Assembly (NCBI RefSeq): GCF_009914755.1
Contig: NC_060936.1
Reading direction: 5' to 3' (one strand)
DNA length: 64,000 bases
Source of the DNA: the human T2T-CHM13v2.0 reference genome, Homo sapiens
Shown here: positions 40,152-53,700 of the stretch, in pieces
Layout of the letters: every line of letters begins with the position of its first letter
Position numbering within the stretch: position 1 is the first letter of the stretch
Notes under the pieces: generated by a model
What the model saw: the letters and a program-made list of their open reading frames with translations, nothing else
Databases searched by the model: none
Told to the model about the DNA's origin: nothing
Translations under genes and position numbers: made by a program

Positions 40152-41849
40152 TCGAACATTACAGGAAGAAATCCCGTTTCCAACGAAGGCCTCAAAGAGG
40201 TCCAAATATCCACTTGCAAACATTACAAACAGAGTGTTTCCAAACTACTCCATCAAAAGAAAGGTTAAACTCTGTGAGCTGAACACACACATCAAAAAGA
40301 AGTTTCTGTGAATGATTCTGTCTAGATTTTATAAGAAGATGTTTCCTTTTCTACCGTAGGCCTCAAAGCGCTTGTAATCTCCAGCTGCAAATTCCACAAA
40401 AAGGGTGTTTAACATCTGCTCTTCTAAAGGAAAGTTCAACTCTATGAGTTGAATACACACAGCACAAAGAAGTTACTGAGACTTCTCCTATCAAACATTA
40501 TATGAAGAAATCCCGTTTCCAAAGAAGGCCTCAAAGAGGTCCAAATATCCACTTGCAGACATTACAAACAGAGTGTTTCCAAACTGCTCCATCAAAAGAA
40601 AGGTTAAACTCTGTGAGCTGAACACACACATCAAAAATAAGTTTCTGTGAATGATTCTGTCTAGATTTTGTAAGAAGATGTTTCCTTTTCTACCGTAGGC
40701 CTCAAAGCGCTTGAAATCTCCACCTGCAAATTCCACAAAAAGGGTGTTTTACATCTGCTCTTCTAAAGGAAAGTTCAACTCTATGCGTTGAATACACACA
40801 GGACAAAGAAGTTACTGAGACTTCTCCTATCAAACATTATATGAAGAAATCCCGTTTCCAACGAAGGCCTCAAAGAGGTCCAAATATCTGCTTGCAGACT
40901 TTACAGACAGAGTGTTTCCAAACTGCTCCATCAAAAGAAAGGTTAAACTCCTTGAGTTGAACACACACATCACAAAGTAGTTTTTGTGAATGATTCTGTC
41001 TAGTTTTTATACGAAGATGTTTCCTTTTCTACCTTTGGTCTCAAAGCGATTGAAATCTCCACATGGAAACTCCACAAAAAGAGTGTTTCAAATCTGCTCT
41101 TTCTGAAGGAAGGTTCAACTCTGTGAGTTGAATACACACACCACAAATAAGTTACTGAGAATTCTTCTGTGTAACATTATGTGAGGAAATCCCGTTTCCA
41201 ACGAAGGCCTCAAAGAGGTCCAAATATCCACTTGCAGACTTTACAAAGACAGTGTCTACAAACTCCTCCATCAAAAGAAAGGTTATACTCTGTGAATTGA
41301 ACGCACACATCACAAAGTAGTTTCTGAGAATGATTCTGTCTAGTTTTTATACGAAGATATTTCCTTTTCTACATTTGGCCTAAAAGCGCTTGAAATCTCC
41401 ACCTGCAAATATCACAAAAAGAGGGTTTCACATCTGCTCTGTCTAAAGGACAGTTCACCTCTGTGAGTTGAATAGAGGCAACACAAAGAACTTACTCAGT
41501 ATTCTTCTTTCTAGCGTTCTATGAAGAAATCCCGTTTACAACGAAGGCCTCAAAGAGGTCCAAATATCTGCTTGCAGACTTCACAGACAGAGTGTTTCCA
41601 AACTACTCTATGAAAAGAAAGCTTAAACTCCTTGAGTTGAAGGCACACATAACAAAGTAGTTTCTGAGAATGATTCTGTCTAGTTTTTATACGAAGATGT
41701 TTCCTTTTCTACATTTGGTCTCAAAGCGATTGAAATCTCCAACTGGAAACTGCACAAATAGGGTGTTTCAAATCTGCTCTTTCTAAAGGAAGGTTCAACT
41801 CTGTGAGTTGAATACACACACCACAAATAAGTTACTGAGAATTCTTCTG
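40152..41849 (-). repeat. 10-mer variant HOR A-A'-B-C-D (1698 bp)
   Basis: A second A dimer begins at ~40491 ('tcaaacattatatgaagaaatcccg...ccacttgcagacattacaaac'). The length is 1359+339. Confidence 0.9.
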
Positions 41850-44563
41850 TCGAACATTACATGAAGAAATCCCGTTTCCAACGAAGGCCTCAAAGAGGTT
41901 CAAATATCCACTTGCAGACATTACAAACAGTGTGTTTCCAAACTGCTCCATCAAAAGAAAGGTTAAACTCTGTGAGCTGAACACACACATCAAAAAGAAG
42001 ATTCTGTGAATGATTCTATCTAGATTTTATAAGAAGATGTTTCCTTTTCTACCGTAGGCCTCAAAGCGTTTGAAATCTCCAGCTGCAAATTCCACAAAAA
42101 GGGTGCTTAACATCTGCTCTTCTAAAGGAAAGTTCAACTCTAGGAGTTGAATACACACAGCACAAAGAAGTTACTGAGACTTCTCCTATCAAACATTATA
42201 TGAAGAAATCCCGTTTCCAACGAAGGCCTCAAAGAGGTCCAAATATCTGCTTGCAGACTTTACAGACAGAGTTTTTCCAAACTGCTCCATCAAAAGAAAG
42301 GTTAAATTCCTTGAGTTGAACACACACATCACAAAGTAGTTTCTGTGAATGATTCTGTCTAGTTTTTATACGAAGATGTTTCCTTTTCTACCTTTGGTCT
42401 CAATGCGATTGAAATCTCCACATGGAAACTCCACAAAAAGAGTGTTTCAAATCTGCTCTTTCTGAAGGAAGGTTCAACTCTGTGAGTTGAATACACACAC
42501 CACTAATAAGTTACTGAGAATTCTTCTGTGTAACATTATATGAGGAAATCCCGTTTCCAACGAAGGCCTCAAAGAGGTCCAAATATCCACTTGCAGACTT
42601 TACAAAGACAGTGTCTCCAAACTCCTCCATCAAAAGAAAGGTTATACTCTGTGAATTGAACGCACACATCACAAAGTAGTTTCTGAGAATGATTCTGTCT
42701 AGTTTTTATACGAAGATATTTCCTTTTCTACATTTGGCCTAAAAGCGCTTGAAATCTCCACCTGCAAATATCACAAAAAGAGGGTTTCACATCTGCTCTG
42801 TCTAAAGGACAGTTCACCTCTGTGAGTTGAATAGAGGCAACACAAAGAACTTACTCAGTATTCTTCTTTCTAGCGTTCTATGAAGAAATCCCGTTTCCAA
42901 CGAAGACCCCAAAGAGGTCCAAATATCTGCTTGCAGACTTTACAGACAGAGTGTTTCCAAACTACTCTATGAAAAGAAAGCTTAAACTCCTTGAGTTGAA
43001 CGCACACATCACAAAGTAGTTTCTGAGAATGATTCTGTCTAGTTTTTATACGAAGATGTTTCCTTTTCTACATTGGGTCTCAAAGCAATTGAAATCTCCA
43101 ACTGGAAACTGCACAAATAGGGAGTTTCAAATCTGATCTGTCTAAAGGGAGGGTCAACTCTGTGAGTTGAATACACACACCACAAATAAGTTACTGAGAA
43201 TTCTTCTGTCGAACATTACATGAAGAAATCCCGTTTCCAACGAAGACCTCAAAGAGGTCCAAATATCCACTTGCAGACATTACAGAGTGTTTCCAAACTG
43301 CTCCATCAAAAGAAAGGTTAAACTCTGTGAGCTGAACACACACATCAAAAAGAAGTTTCTGTGAATGATTCTGTCTAGATTTTATAAGAAGATGTTTCCT
43401 TTTCTACCGTAGGCCACAAAGCGCTTGAAATCTCCAGCTGCAAATTCCACAAAAAGGGTGTTTAACATCTGCTCTTCTAAAGGAAAGTTCAACTCTATGC
43501 GTTGAATACACACAGCACAAAGAAGTTACTGAGACTTCTCCTATCAAACATTATATGAAGAAATCCCGTTTCCAACGAAGGCCTCAAAGAGGTCCAAATA
43601 TCTGCTTGCAGACTTTACAGACAGACTTTTTCCAAACTGCTCCATCAAAAGAAAGGTTAAACTCCTTGAGTTGAACACACACATCACAAAGTAGTTTCTG
43701 TGAATGATTCTGTCTAGTTTTTATACGAAGATGTTTCCTTTTCTACCTTTGGTCTCAAAGCGATTGAAATCTCCACATGGAAACTCCACAAAAAGAGTGT
43801 TTCAAATCTGCTCTTTCTGAAGGAAGGTTCAACTCTGTGAGTTGAATACACACACCACAAATAAGTTACTGAGAATTCTTCTGTGTAACATTATATGAGG
43901 AAATCCCGTTTCCAACGAAGGCCTCAAAGAGGTCCAAATATCCACTTGCAGACTTTACAAAGACAGTGTCTCCAAACTCCTCCATCAAAAGAAAGGTTAT
44001 ACTCTGTGAATTGAACGCACACATCACAAAGTAGTTTCTGAGAATGATTCTGTCTAGTTTTTATAAGAAGATATTTCCTTTTCTACATTTGGCCTAAAAG
44101 CGCTTGAAATCTCCACCTGCAAATATCACAAAAAGAGGGTTTCACATCTGCTCTGTCTAAAGGACAGTTCACCTCTGTGAGTTGAATAGAGGCAACACAA
44201 AGAACTTACTCAGTATTCTTCTTTCTAGCGTTCTATGAAGAAATCCCGTTTCCAACGACGACCCCAATGAGGTCCAAATATCTGCTTGCAGACTTTACAG
44301 ACAGAGTGTTTCCAAACTACTCTATGAAAAGAAAGCTTAAACTCCTTGAGTTGAACGCACACATCACAAAGTAGTTTCTGAGAATGATGCTGTCTAGTTT
44401 TTGTACGAAGATGTTTCCTTTTCCACATTTGGTCTCAAAGCGATTGAAATCTCCAACTGGAAACTGCACAAATAGGGTGTTTCAAATCTGCTCTGTCTAA
44501 AGGAAGGTTCAACTCTGTGAGTTGAATACACACACCATAAATAAGATACTGAGAATTCTTCTG

Positions 44564-45921
44564 TCAAACATTACAGGAAGAAATCCCGTTTCCAACGAAG
44601 GCCTCAAAGAGGTCCAAATATCCACTTGCAGACATTACAAACAGAGTGTTTCCAAACTGCTCCATCAAAAGAAAGGTTAAACTCTGTGAGCTGAACACAC
44701 ACATCAAAAAGAAGTTTCTGTGAATGATTCTGTCTAGATTTTATAAGAAGATGTTTCCTTTTCTACCGTAGGCCTCAAAGCGCTTGTAATCTCCAGCTGC
44801 AAATTCCACAAAAAGGGTGTTTAACATCTGCTCTTCTAAAGGAAAGTTCAACTCTATGAGTTGAATACACACAGCACAAAGAAGTTACTGAGACTTCTCC
44901 TATCAAACATTATATGAAGAAATCCCGTTTCCAACGAAGGCCTCAAAGAGGTCCAAATATCCACTTGCAGACATTACAAACAGAGTGTTTCCAAACTGCT
45001 CCATCAAAAGAAAGGTTAAACTCTGTGAGCTGAACACACACATCAAAAAGAAGTTTCTGTGAATGATTCTGTCTAGATTTTGTAAGAAGATGTTTCCTTT
45101 TCTACCGTAGGGCTCAAAGCGCTTGAAATCTCCAGCTGCAAATTCCACAAAAAGGGTGTTTAACATCTGCTCTTCTAAAGGAAAGTTCAACTCTATGAGT
45201 TGAATACACACAGCACAAAGAAGTTACTGAGACTTCTCCTATCAAACATTATATGAAGAATTCCCGTTTCTAACGATGGCCTGAAAGAGGTCCAAATATC
45301 TGCTTGCAGACTTTACAAAGACAGTGTCTCCAAACTCCTCCATCAAAAGAAAGGTTATACTCTGTGAATTGAACGCACACATCACAAAGTAGTTTCTGTG
45401 AATGATTCTGTCTAGTTTTTATACGAAGATATTTCCTTTTCTACATTTGGCCTAAAAGCGCTTGAAATCTCCACCTGCAAATATCACAAAAAGAGGGTTT
45501 CACATCTGCTCTCTCTAAAGGACAGTTCACCTCTGTGAGTTGAATAGAGGCAACACAAAGAACTTACTCAGTATTCTTCTTTCTAGCGTTCTATGAAGAA
45601 ATCCCGTTTCCAACGAAGGCCCCAAAGAGGTCCAAATATCTGCTTGCAGACTTTACAGACAGAGTGTTTCCAAACTACTCTATGAAAAGAAAGCTTAAAC
45701 TCCTTGAGTTGAACGCACACATCACAAAGTAGTTTCTGAGAATGATTCTGTCTAGTTTTTATACGAAGATGTTTCCTTTTCTACATTTGGTCTCAAAGCG
45801 ATTGAAATCTCCAACTGGAAACTGCACAAATAGGGTGTTTCAAATCTGCTCTGTCTAAAGGAAGGTTCAACTCTGTGAGTTGAATACACACAGCACAAAT
45901 AAGTTACTGAGAATTCTTCTG
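44564..45921 (-). repeat. Non-canonical 8-mer A-A'-(B/C)-D (1358 bp)
   Basis: Dimer A is duplicated at ~44903. At ~45300 the B start ('ctgcttgcagac') runs directly into C ('tttacaaagacagtgtctcc'), so the body of dimer B is missing. Confidence 0.88.
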
Positions 45922-47960
45922 TCGAACATTACTTGAAGAAATCCCGTTTCCAACGAAGGCCTCAAAGAGGTCCAAATATCCACTTGCAGACATTACAAAC
46001 AGAGTGTTTCCAAACTGCTCCATCAAAAGAAAGGTTAAACTCTGTGAGCTGAACACACACATCAAAAAGAAGTTTCTGTGAATGATTCTGTCTAGATTTT
46101 ATAAGAAGATGTTTCCTTTTCTACCGTAGGCCTCAAAGCGCTTGTAATCTCCAGCTGCAAATTCCACAAAAAGGGTGTTTAACATCTGCTCTTCTAAAGG
46201 AAAGTTCAACTCTATGCGTTGAATACACACATCACAAAGAAGTTACTGAGACTTCTCCAATCAAACATTATATGAAGAAATCCCGTTTCCAACGAAGGCC
46301 TCAAAGAGGTCCAAATATCTGCTTGCAGACTTTACAGACAGAGTGTTTCCAAACTGCTCCATCAAAAGAAAGGTTAAACTCCTTGAGTTGAACACACACA
46401 TCACAAAGTAGTTTCTGTGAATGATTCTGTCCAGTTTTTATACGAAGATGTTTCCTTTTCTACCTTTGGTCTCAAAGCGATTGAAATCTCCACATGGAAA
46501 CTCCACAAAAAGAGTGTTTCAAATCTGCTCTTTCTGAAGGAAGGTTCAACTCTGTGAGTTGAATACACACACCACAAATAAGTTACTGAGAATTCTTCTG
46601 TGTAACATTATATGAGGAAATCCCGTTTCCAACGAAGGCCTCAAAGAGGTCCAAATATCCACTTGCAGACTTTACAAAGACAGTGTCTCCAAACTCCTCC
46701 ATCAAAAGAAAGGTTATACTCTGTGAATTGAACGCACACATCACAAAGTAGTTTCTGAGAATGATTCTGTCTAGTTTTTATACGAAGATATTTCCTTTTC
46801 TACATTTGGCCTAAAAGCGCTTGAAATCTCCACCTGCAAATATCACAAAAAGAGGGTTTCACATCTGCTCTGTCTAAAGGACAGTTCACCTCTGTGAGTT
46901 GAATAGAGGCAACACAAAGAACTTACTCAGTATTCTTCTTTCTAGCGTTCTATGAAGAAATCCCGTTTCCAACGAAGGCCCCAAAGAGGTCCAAATATCC
47001 GCTTGCAGACTTTACAGACAGAGTGTTTCCAAACTGCTCCATCAAAAGAAAGGTTAAACTCCTTGAGTTGAACACACACATCACAAAGTAGTTTCTGTGA
47101 ATGATTCTGTCTAGTTTTTATACGAAGATGTTTCCTTTTCTACCTTTGGTCTCAAAGCGATTGAAATCTCCACATGGAAACTCCACAAAAAGAGTGTTTC
47201 AAATCTGCTCTTTCTGAAGGAAGGTTCAAATCTGTGAGTTGAATACACACATCACAAATAAGTTAATGAGAATTCTTCTGTGTAACATTATATGAGGAAA
47301 TCCCGTTTCCAACGAAGGCCTCAAAGAGGTCCAAATATCCACATGCAGACTTTACAAAGACAGTGTCTCCAAACTCCTCCATCAAAAGAAAGGTTATACT
47401 CTGTGAATTGAACGCACACATCACAAAGTAGTTTCTGAGAATGATTCTGTCTAGTTTTTATACGAAGATATTTCCTTTTCTACATTTGGCCTAAAAGCGC
47501 TTGAAATCTCCACCTGCAAATATCACAAAAAGAGGGTTTCACATCTGCTCTGTCTAAAGGACAGTTCACCTCTGTGAGTTGAATAGAGGCAACACAATGA
47601 ACTTACTCAGTATTCTTCTTTCTAGCGTTCTATGAAGAAATCCCGTTTCCAACGAAGGCCTCAATGAGGTCCAAATATCTGCTTGCAGACTTTACAGACA
47701 GAGTGTTTCCAAACTACTCTATGAAAAGAAAGCTTAAACTCCTTGAGTTGAACGCACACATCACAAAGTAGTTTCTGAGAATGATTCTGTCTAGTTTTTA
47801 TACGAAGATGTTTCCTTTTCTACATTTGGTCTCAAAGCGATTGAAATCTCCAACTGGAAACTGCACAAATAGGGTGTTTCAAATCTGCTCTGTCTAAAGG
47901 AAGGTTCAACTCTGTGAGTTGAATACACACACCACACATAAGTTACTGAGAATTCTTCTG
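45922..47960 (-). repeat. 12-mer variant HOR A-B-C-B'-C-D (2039 bp) in the heterogeneous domain
   Basis: The D-to-B switch is at ~47000-47040. This copy lacks the 'gagtattt' and 'ctgga' markers of the left-domain 12-mers. Confidence 0.9.
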
Positions 47961-50760
47961 TCGAACATTACAGGAAGAAATCCCGTTTCCAACGAAGGCC
48001 TCAAAGAGGTCCAAATATCCACTTGCAGACATTACAAACAGAGTGTTTCCAAACTGCTCCATCAAAAGAAAGGTTAAACTCTGTGAGCTGAACACACACA
48101 TCAAAAAGAAGTTTCTGTGAATGATTCTGTCTAGATTTTATAAGAAGATGTTTCCTTTTCTACCGTAGGCCTCAAAGCGCTTGAAATCTCCACCTGCAAA
48201 TTCCACAAAAAGGGTGTTTTACATCTGCTTTTCTAAAGGAAAGTTCAACTCTATGCGTTGAATACACACAGGACAAAGAAGTTACTGAGACTTCTCCTAT
48301 CAAACATTATATGAAGAAATCCCGTTTCCAACGAAGGCCTCAAAGAGGTCCAAATATCTGCTTGCAGACTTTACAGACAGAGTGTTTCCAAACTGCTCCA
48401 TCAAAAGAAAGGTTAAACTCCTTGAGTTGAACACACACATCACAAAGTAGTTTTTGTGAATGATTCTGTCTAGTTTTTATACGAAGATGTTTCCTTTTCT
48501 ACCTTTGGTCTCAAAGCGATTGAAATCTCCACTTGGAAACTCCACAAAAAGAGTGTTTCAAATCTGCTCTTTCTGAAGGAAGGTTCAACTCTGTGAGTTG
48601 AATACACACACCACAAATAAGTTACTGAGAATTCTTCTGTGTAACATTATATGAGGAAATCCCGTTTCCAACGAAGGCCTCAAAGAGGTCCAAATATCCA
48701 CTTGCAGACTTTACAAAGACAGTGTCTCCAAACTCCTCCATCAAAAGAAAGGTTATACTCTGTGAATTGAACGCACACATCACAAAGTAGTTTCTGAGAA
48801 TGATTCTGTCTAGTTTTTATACGAAGATATTTCCTTTTCTACATTTGGCCTAAAAGCGCTTGAAATCTCCACCTGCAAATATCACAAGAAGAGGGTTTCA
48901 CATCTGCTCTGTCTAAAGGACAGTTCACCTCTGTGAGTTGAATAGAGGCAACACAAAGAACTTAGTCAGTATTCTTCTTTCTAGCGTTCTATGAAGAAAT
49001 CCCGATTCCAACGAAGGCCCCAATGAGGTCCAAATATCTGCTTGCAGACTTTACAGACAGAGTGTTTCCAAACTACTCTATGAAAAGAAAGCTTAAACTC
49101 CTTGAGTTGAACGCACACATCACAAAGTAGTTTCTGAGAATGATTCTGTCTAGTTTTTATACGAAGATGTTTCCTTTTCTACATTTGGTCTCAAAGCGAT
49201 TGAAATCTCCAACTGGAAACTGCACAAATAGGGTGTTTCAAATCTGCTCTGTCTAAAGGAAGGTTCAACTCTGTGAGTTGAATACACACACCACAAATAA
49301 GTTACTGAGAATTCTTCTGTCGAACATTACTTGAAGAAATCCCGTTTCCAACGAAGGCCTCAAAGAGGTCCAAATATCCACTTGCAGACATTACAAACAG
49401 AGTGTTTCCAAACTGCTCCATCAAAAGAAAGGTTAAACTCTGTGAGCTGAACACACACATCAAAAAGAAGTTTCTGTGAATGATTCTGTCTGGATTTTAT
49501 AAGAAGATGTTTCCTTTTCTACCGTAGGCCTCAAAGCGCTGGAAATCTCCAGCTGCAAATTCCACAAAAAGGGTGTTTAACATCTGCTCTTCTAAAGGAA
49601 AGTTCAACTCTATGCGTTGAATACACACAGCACAAAGAAGTTACTGAGACTTCTCCTATCAAACATTATATGAGGAAATCCCGTTTCCAACGAAGGCCTC
49701 AAAGAGGTCCAAATATCTGCTTGCAGACTTTACAGACAGAGGGTTTCCAAACTGCTCCATCAAAAGAAAGGTTAAACTCCTTGAGTTGAACACACACATC
49801 ACAAAGTAGTTTCTGTGAATGATTCTGTCTAGTTTTTATACGAAGATGTTTCCTTTTCTACCTTTGGTCTCAAAGCGATTGAAATCTCCACATGGAAACA
49901 CCACAAAAAGAGTGTTTCAAATCTGCTCTTTCTGAAGGAAGGTTCAACTCTGTGAGTTGAATACACACACCACAAAAAAGTTACTGAGAATTCTTCTGTG
50001 AAACATTATATGAGGAAATCCCGTTTCCAACGAAGGCCTCAAAGAGGTCCAAATATCCACTTGCAGACTTTACAAAGACAGTGTCTCCAAACTCCTCCAT
50101 CAAAAGAAAGGTTATACTCTGTGAATTGAACGCACACATCACAAAGTAGTTTCTGAGAATGATTCTGTCTAGTTTTTATACGAAGATATTTCCTTTTCTA
50201 CATTTGGCCTAAAAGCGCTTGAAATCTCCACGTGCAAATATCACAAAAAGAGGGTTTCACACCTGCTCTGTCTAATGGACTGTTCACCTCTGTGAGTTGA
50301 ATAGAGGCAACACAAAGAACTTACTCAGTATTCTTCTTTCTAGCGTTCTATGAAGAAATCCCGTTTCCAACGAAGGCCTCAAAGAGGTCCAAATATCTGC
50401 TTGCAGACTTTACAGACAGAGTGTTTCCAAACTACTCTATGAAAAGAAAGCTTAAACTCCTTGAGTTGAACGCACACATCACAAAGTAGTTTCTGAGAAT
50501 GATTCTGTCTAGTTTTTATACGAAGATGTTTCCTTTTCTACATTTGTCTCAAAGCGATTGAAATCTCCAACTGGAAACTGCACAAATAGGGTGTTTCAAA
50601 TCTGCTCTGTCTAAAGGGAGGTTCAACTCTGGGAGTTCAATACACACACCACAAATAAGTTACTGAGAATTCTTCTGTCGAACATTACATGAAGAAATCC
50701 CGTTTCCAACGAAGGCCTCAAAGAGGTCCAAATATCCACTTGCAGAGATTACAAACAGTG

Positions 50761-53700
50761 TGTTTCCAAACTGCTCCATCAAAAGAAAGGTTAAACTCTG
50801 TGAGCTGAACCCACACATCAAAAAGAAGTTTCTGTGAATGATTCTGTCTAGATTTTATAAGAAGATGTTTCCTTTTCTACCGTAGGCCTCAAAGCGCTTG
50901 AAATCTCCAGCTGCAAATTCCACAAAAAGGGTGTTTAACATCTGCTCTTCTAAAGGAAAGTTCACCTCTATGAGTTGAATACACACAGCACAAAGAAGTT
51001 ACTGAGACTTCTCCTATCAAACATTATATGAAGAAATCCCGTTTCCAACGAAGGCCTCAAAGAGGTCCAAATATCTGCTTGCAGACTTTACAGACAGAGT
51101 TTTTCCAAACTGCTCCATCAAAAGAAAGGTTAAACTCCTTGAGTTGAACACACACATCACAAAGTAGTTTCTGTGAATGATTCTGTCTAGTTTTTATACG
51201 AAGATGTTTCCTTTTCTACCTTTGGTCTCAATGCGATTGAAATCTCCACATGGAAACTCCACAAAAAGAGTGTTTCAAATCTGCTCTTTCTGAAGGAAGG
51301 TTCAACTCTGTGAGTTGAATACACACACCACAAATAAGTTACTGAGAATTCTTCTGTGTAACATTATATGAGGAAATCCCGTTTCCAACGAAGGCCTCAA
51401 AGAGGTCCAAATATCCACTTGCAGACTTTACAAAGACAGTGTCTCCAAACTCCGCCATCAAAAGAAAGGTTATACTCTGTGAATTGAACGCACACATCAC
51501 AAAGTAGTTTCTGAGAATGATTCTGTCTAGTTTTTATACGAAGATATTTCCTTTTCTACATTTGGCCTAAAAGCGCTTGAAATCTCCACCTGCAAATATC
51601 ACAAAAAGAGGGTTTCACATCTGCTCTGTCTAAAGGACAGTTCACCTCTGTGAGTTGAATAGAGGCAACACAAAGAACTTAGTCAGTATTCTTCTTTCTA
51701 GCGTTCTATGAAGAAATCCCGTTTCCAACGAAGGCCCCAATGAGGTCCAAATATCTGCTTGCAGACTTTACAGACAGAGTGTTTCCAAACTACTCTATGA
51801 AAAGAAAGCTTAAACTCCTTGAGTTGAACGCACACATCACAAAGTAGTTTCTGAGAATGATTGTGTCTAGTTTTTATACGAAGATGTTTCCTTTTCTACA
51901 TTTGGTCTCAAAGCGATTGAAATCTCCAACTGGAAACTGCACAAATAGGGTGTTTCAAATCTGCTCTGTCTAAAGGAAGGTTCAACTCTGTGAGTTGAAT
52001 ACACACACCACAAATAAGTTACTGAGAATTCTTCTGTCGAACATTACTTGAAGAAATCCCTTTTCCAACGAAGGCCTCAAAGAGGTCCAAATATCCACTT
52101 GCAGACATTACAAACAGAGTGTTTCCAAACTGCTCCATCAAAAGAAAGGTTAAACTCTGTGAGCTGAACACACACATCAAAAAGAAGTTTCTGTGAATGA
52201 TTCTGTCTAGATTTTATAAGAAGATGTTTCCTTTTCTACCGTAGGCCTCAAAGCGCTTGAAATCTCCAGCTGCAAATTCCACAAAAAGGGTGTTTAACAT
52301 CTGCTCTTCTAAAGGAAAGTTCAACTCAATGAGTTGAATACACACAGCAGAAAGAAGTTACTGAGACTTCTCCTATCAAACATTATATGAAGAAATCCCG
52401 TTTCCAACGAAGGCCTCAAAGAGGTCCAAATATCTGCTTGCAGACTTTACAAAGACAGTGTCTCCAAACTCCTCCATCAAAAGAAAGGTTAAACTCCTTG
52501 AGTTGAACACACACATCACAAAGTAGTTTCTGTGAATGATTCTGTCTAGTTTTTATACGAAGATGTTTCCTTTTCTACCTTTGGTCTCAAAGCGATTGAA
52601 ATCTCCACATGGAAACTCCACAAAAAGAGTGTTTCAAATCTGCTCTTTCTGAAGGAAGGTTCAACTCTGTGAGTTGAATACACACACCACAAATAAGTTA
52701 CTGAGAATTCTTCTGTGTAACATTATATGAGGAAATCCCGTTTCCAACGAAGGCCTCAAAGAGGACCAAATATCCACTTGCAGACTTTACAAAGACAGTG
52801 TCTCGAAACTCCTCCATCAAAAGAAAGGTTATACTCTGTGAATTGAACGCACACATCACAAAGTAGTTTCTGAGAATGATTCTGTCTAGTTTTTATACGA
52901 AGATATTTCCTTTTCTACATTTGGCCTCAAAGCGCTTGAAATCTCCACCTGCAAATATCACAAAAAGAGGGTATCACATCTGCTCTGTCTAAAGGACAGT
53001 TAACCTCTGTGAGTTGAATAGAGGCAACACAAAGAACTTACTCAGTATTCTTCTTTCTAGCGTTCTATGAAGAAATCCCGTTTCCAATGAAGGCCCCAAT
53101 GAGGTTCAAATATCTGCTTGCAGACTTTACAGACAGAGTGTTTCCAAACTACTCTATGAAAAGAAAGCTTAAACTCCTTGAGTTGAACGCACAGATCACA
53201 AAGTAGTTTCTGAGAATGATTCTGTCTAGTTTATATACGAAGATGTTTCCTTTTCTACATTTGGTCTCAAAGCGATTGAAATCTCCAACTGGAAACTGCA
53301 CAAATAGGGTGTTTCAAATCTGCTCTGTCTAAAGGAAGGTTCAACTCTTTGAGTTGAATACACACACCACAAATAAGTTACTGAGAATTCTTCTGTCGAA
53401 CATTACTTGAAGAAATCCCGTTTCCAACGAAGGCCTCAAAGAGGTCCAAATATCCACTTGCAGACATTACAAACAGAGTGTTTCCAAACTGCTCCATCAA
53501 AAGAAAGGTTAAACTCTGTGAGCTGAACACACACATCAAAAAGAAGTTTCTGTGAATGATTCTGTCTAGATTTTATAAGAAGATGTTTCCTTTTCTACCG
53601 TAGGCCTCAAAGCGCTTGAAATCTCCAGCTGCATATTCCACAAAAAGGGTGTTTAACATCTGCTCTTCTAAAGGAAAGTTCAACTCAATGAGTTGAATAC

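Noticed and set aside
40491-40736. 81-aa minus-strand ORF
   Set aside because: It is the same satellite frame in the duplicated A dimer, where a point change ('ttttgtaag') removes a stop. Its similarity to the other ORFs only reflects repeat identity.
44225-44428. 67-aa minus-strand ORF
   Set aside because: It is a chance frame in dimer D, opened by a few substitutions.
44903-45211. 102-aa minus-strand ORF
   Set aside because: It is a paralogous satellite frame in the second A-A doublet, not a gene.
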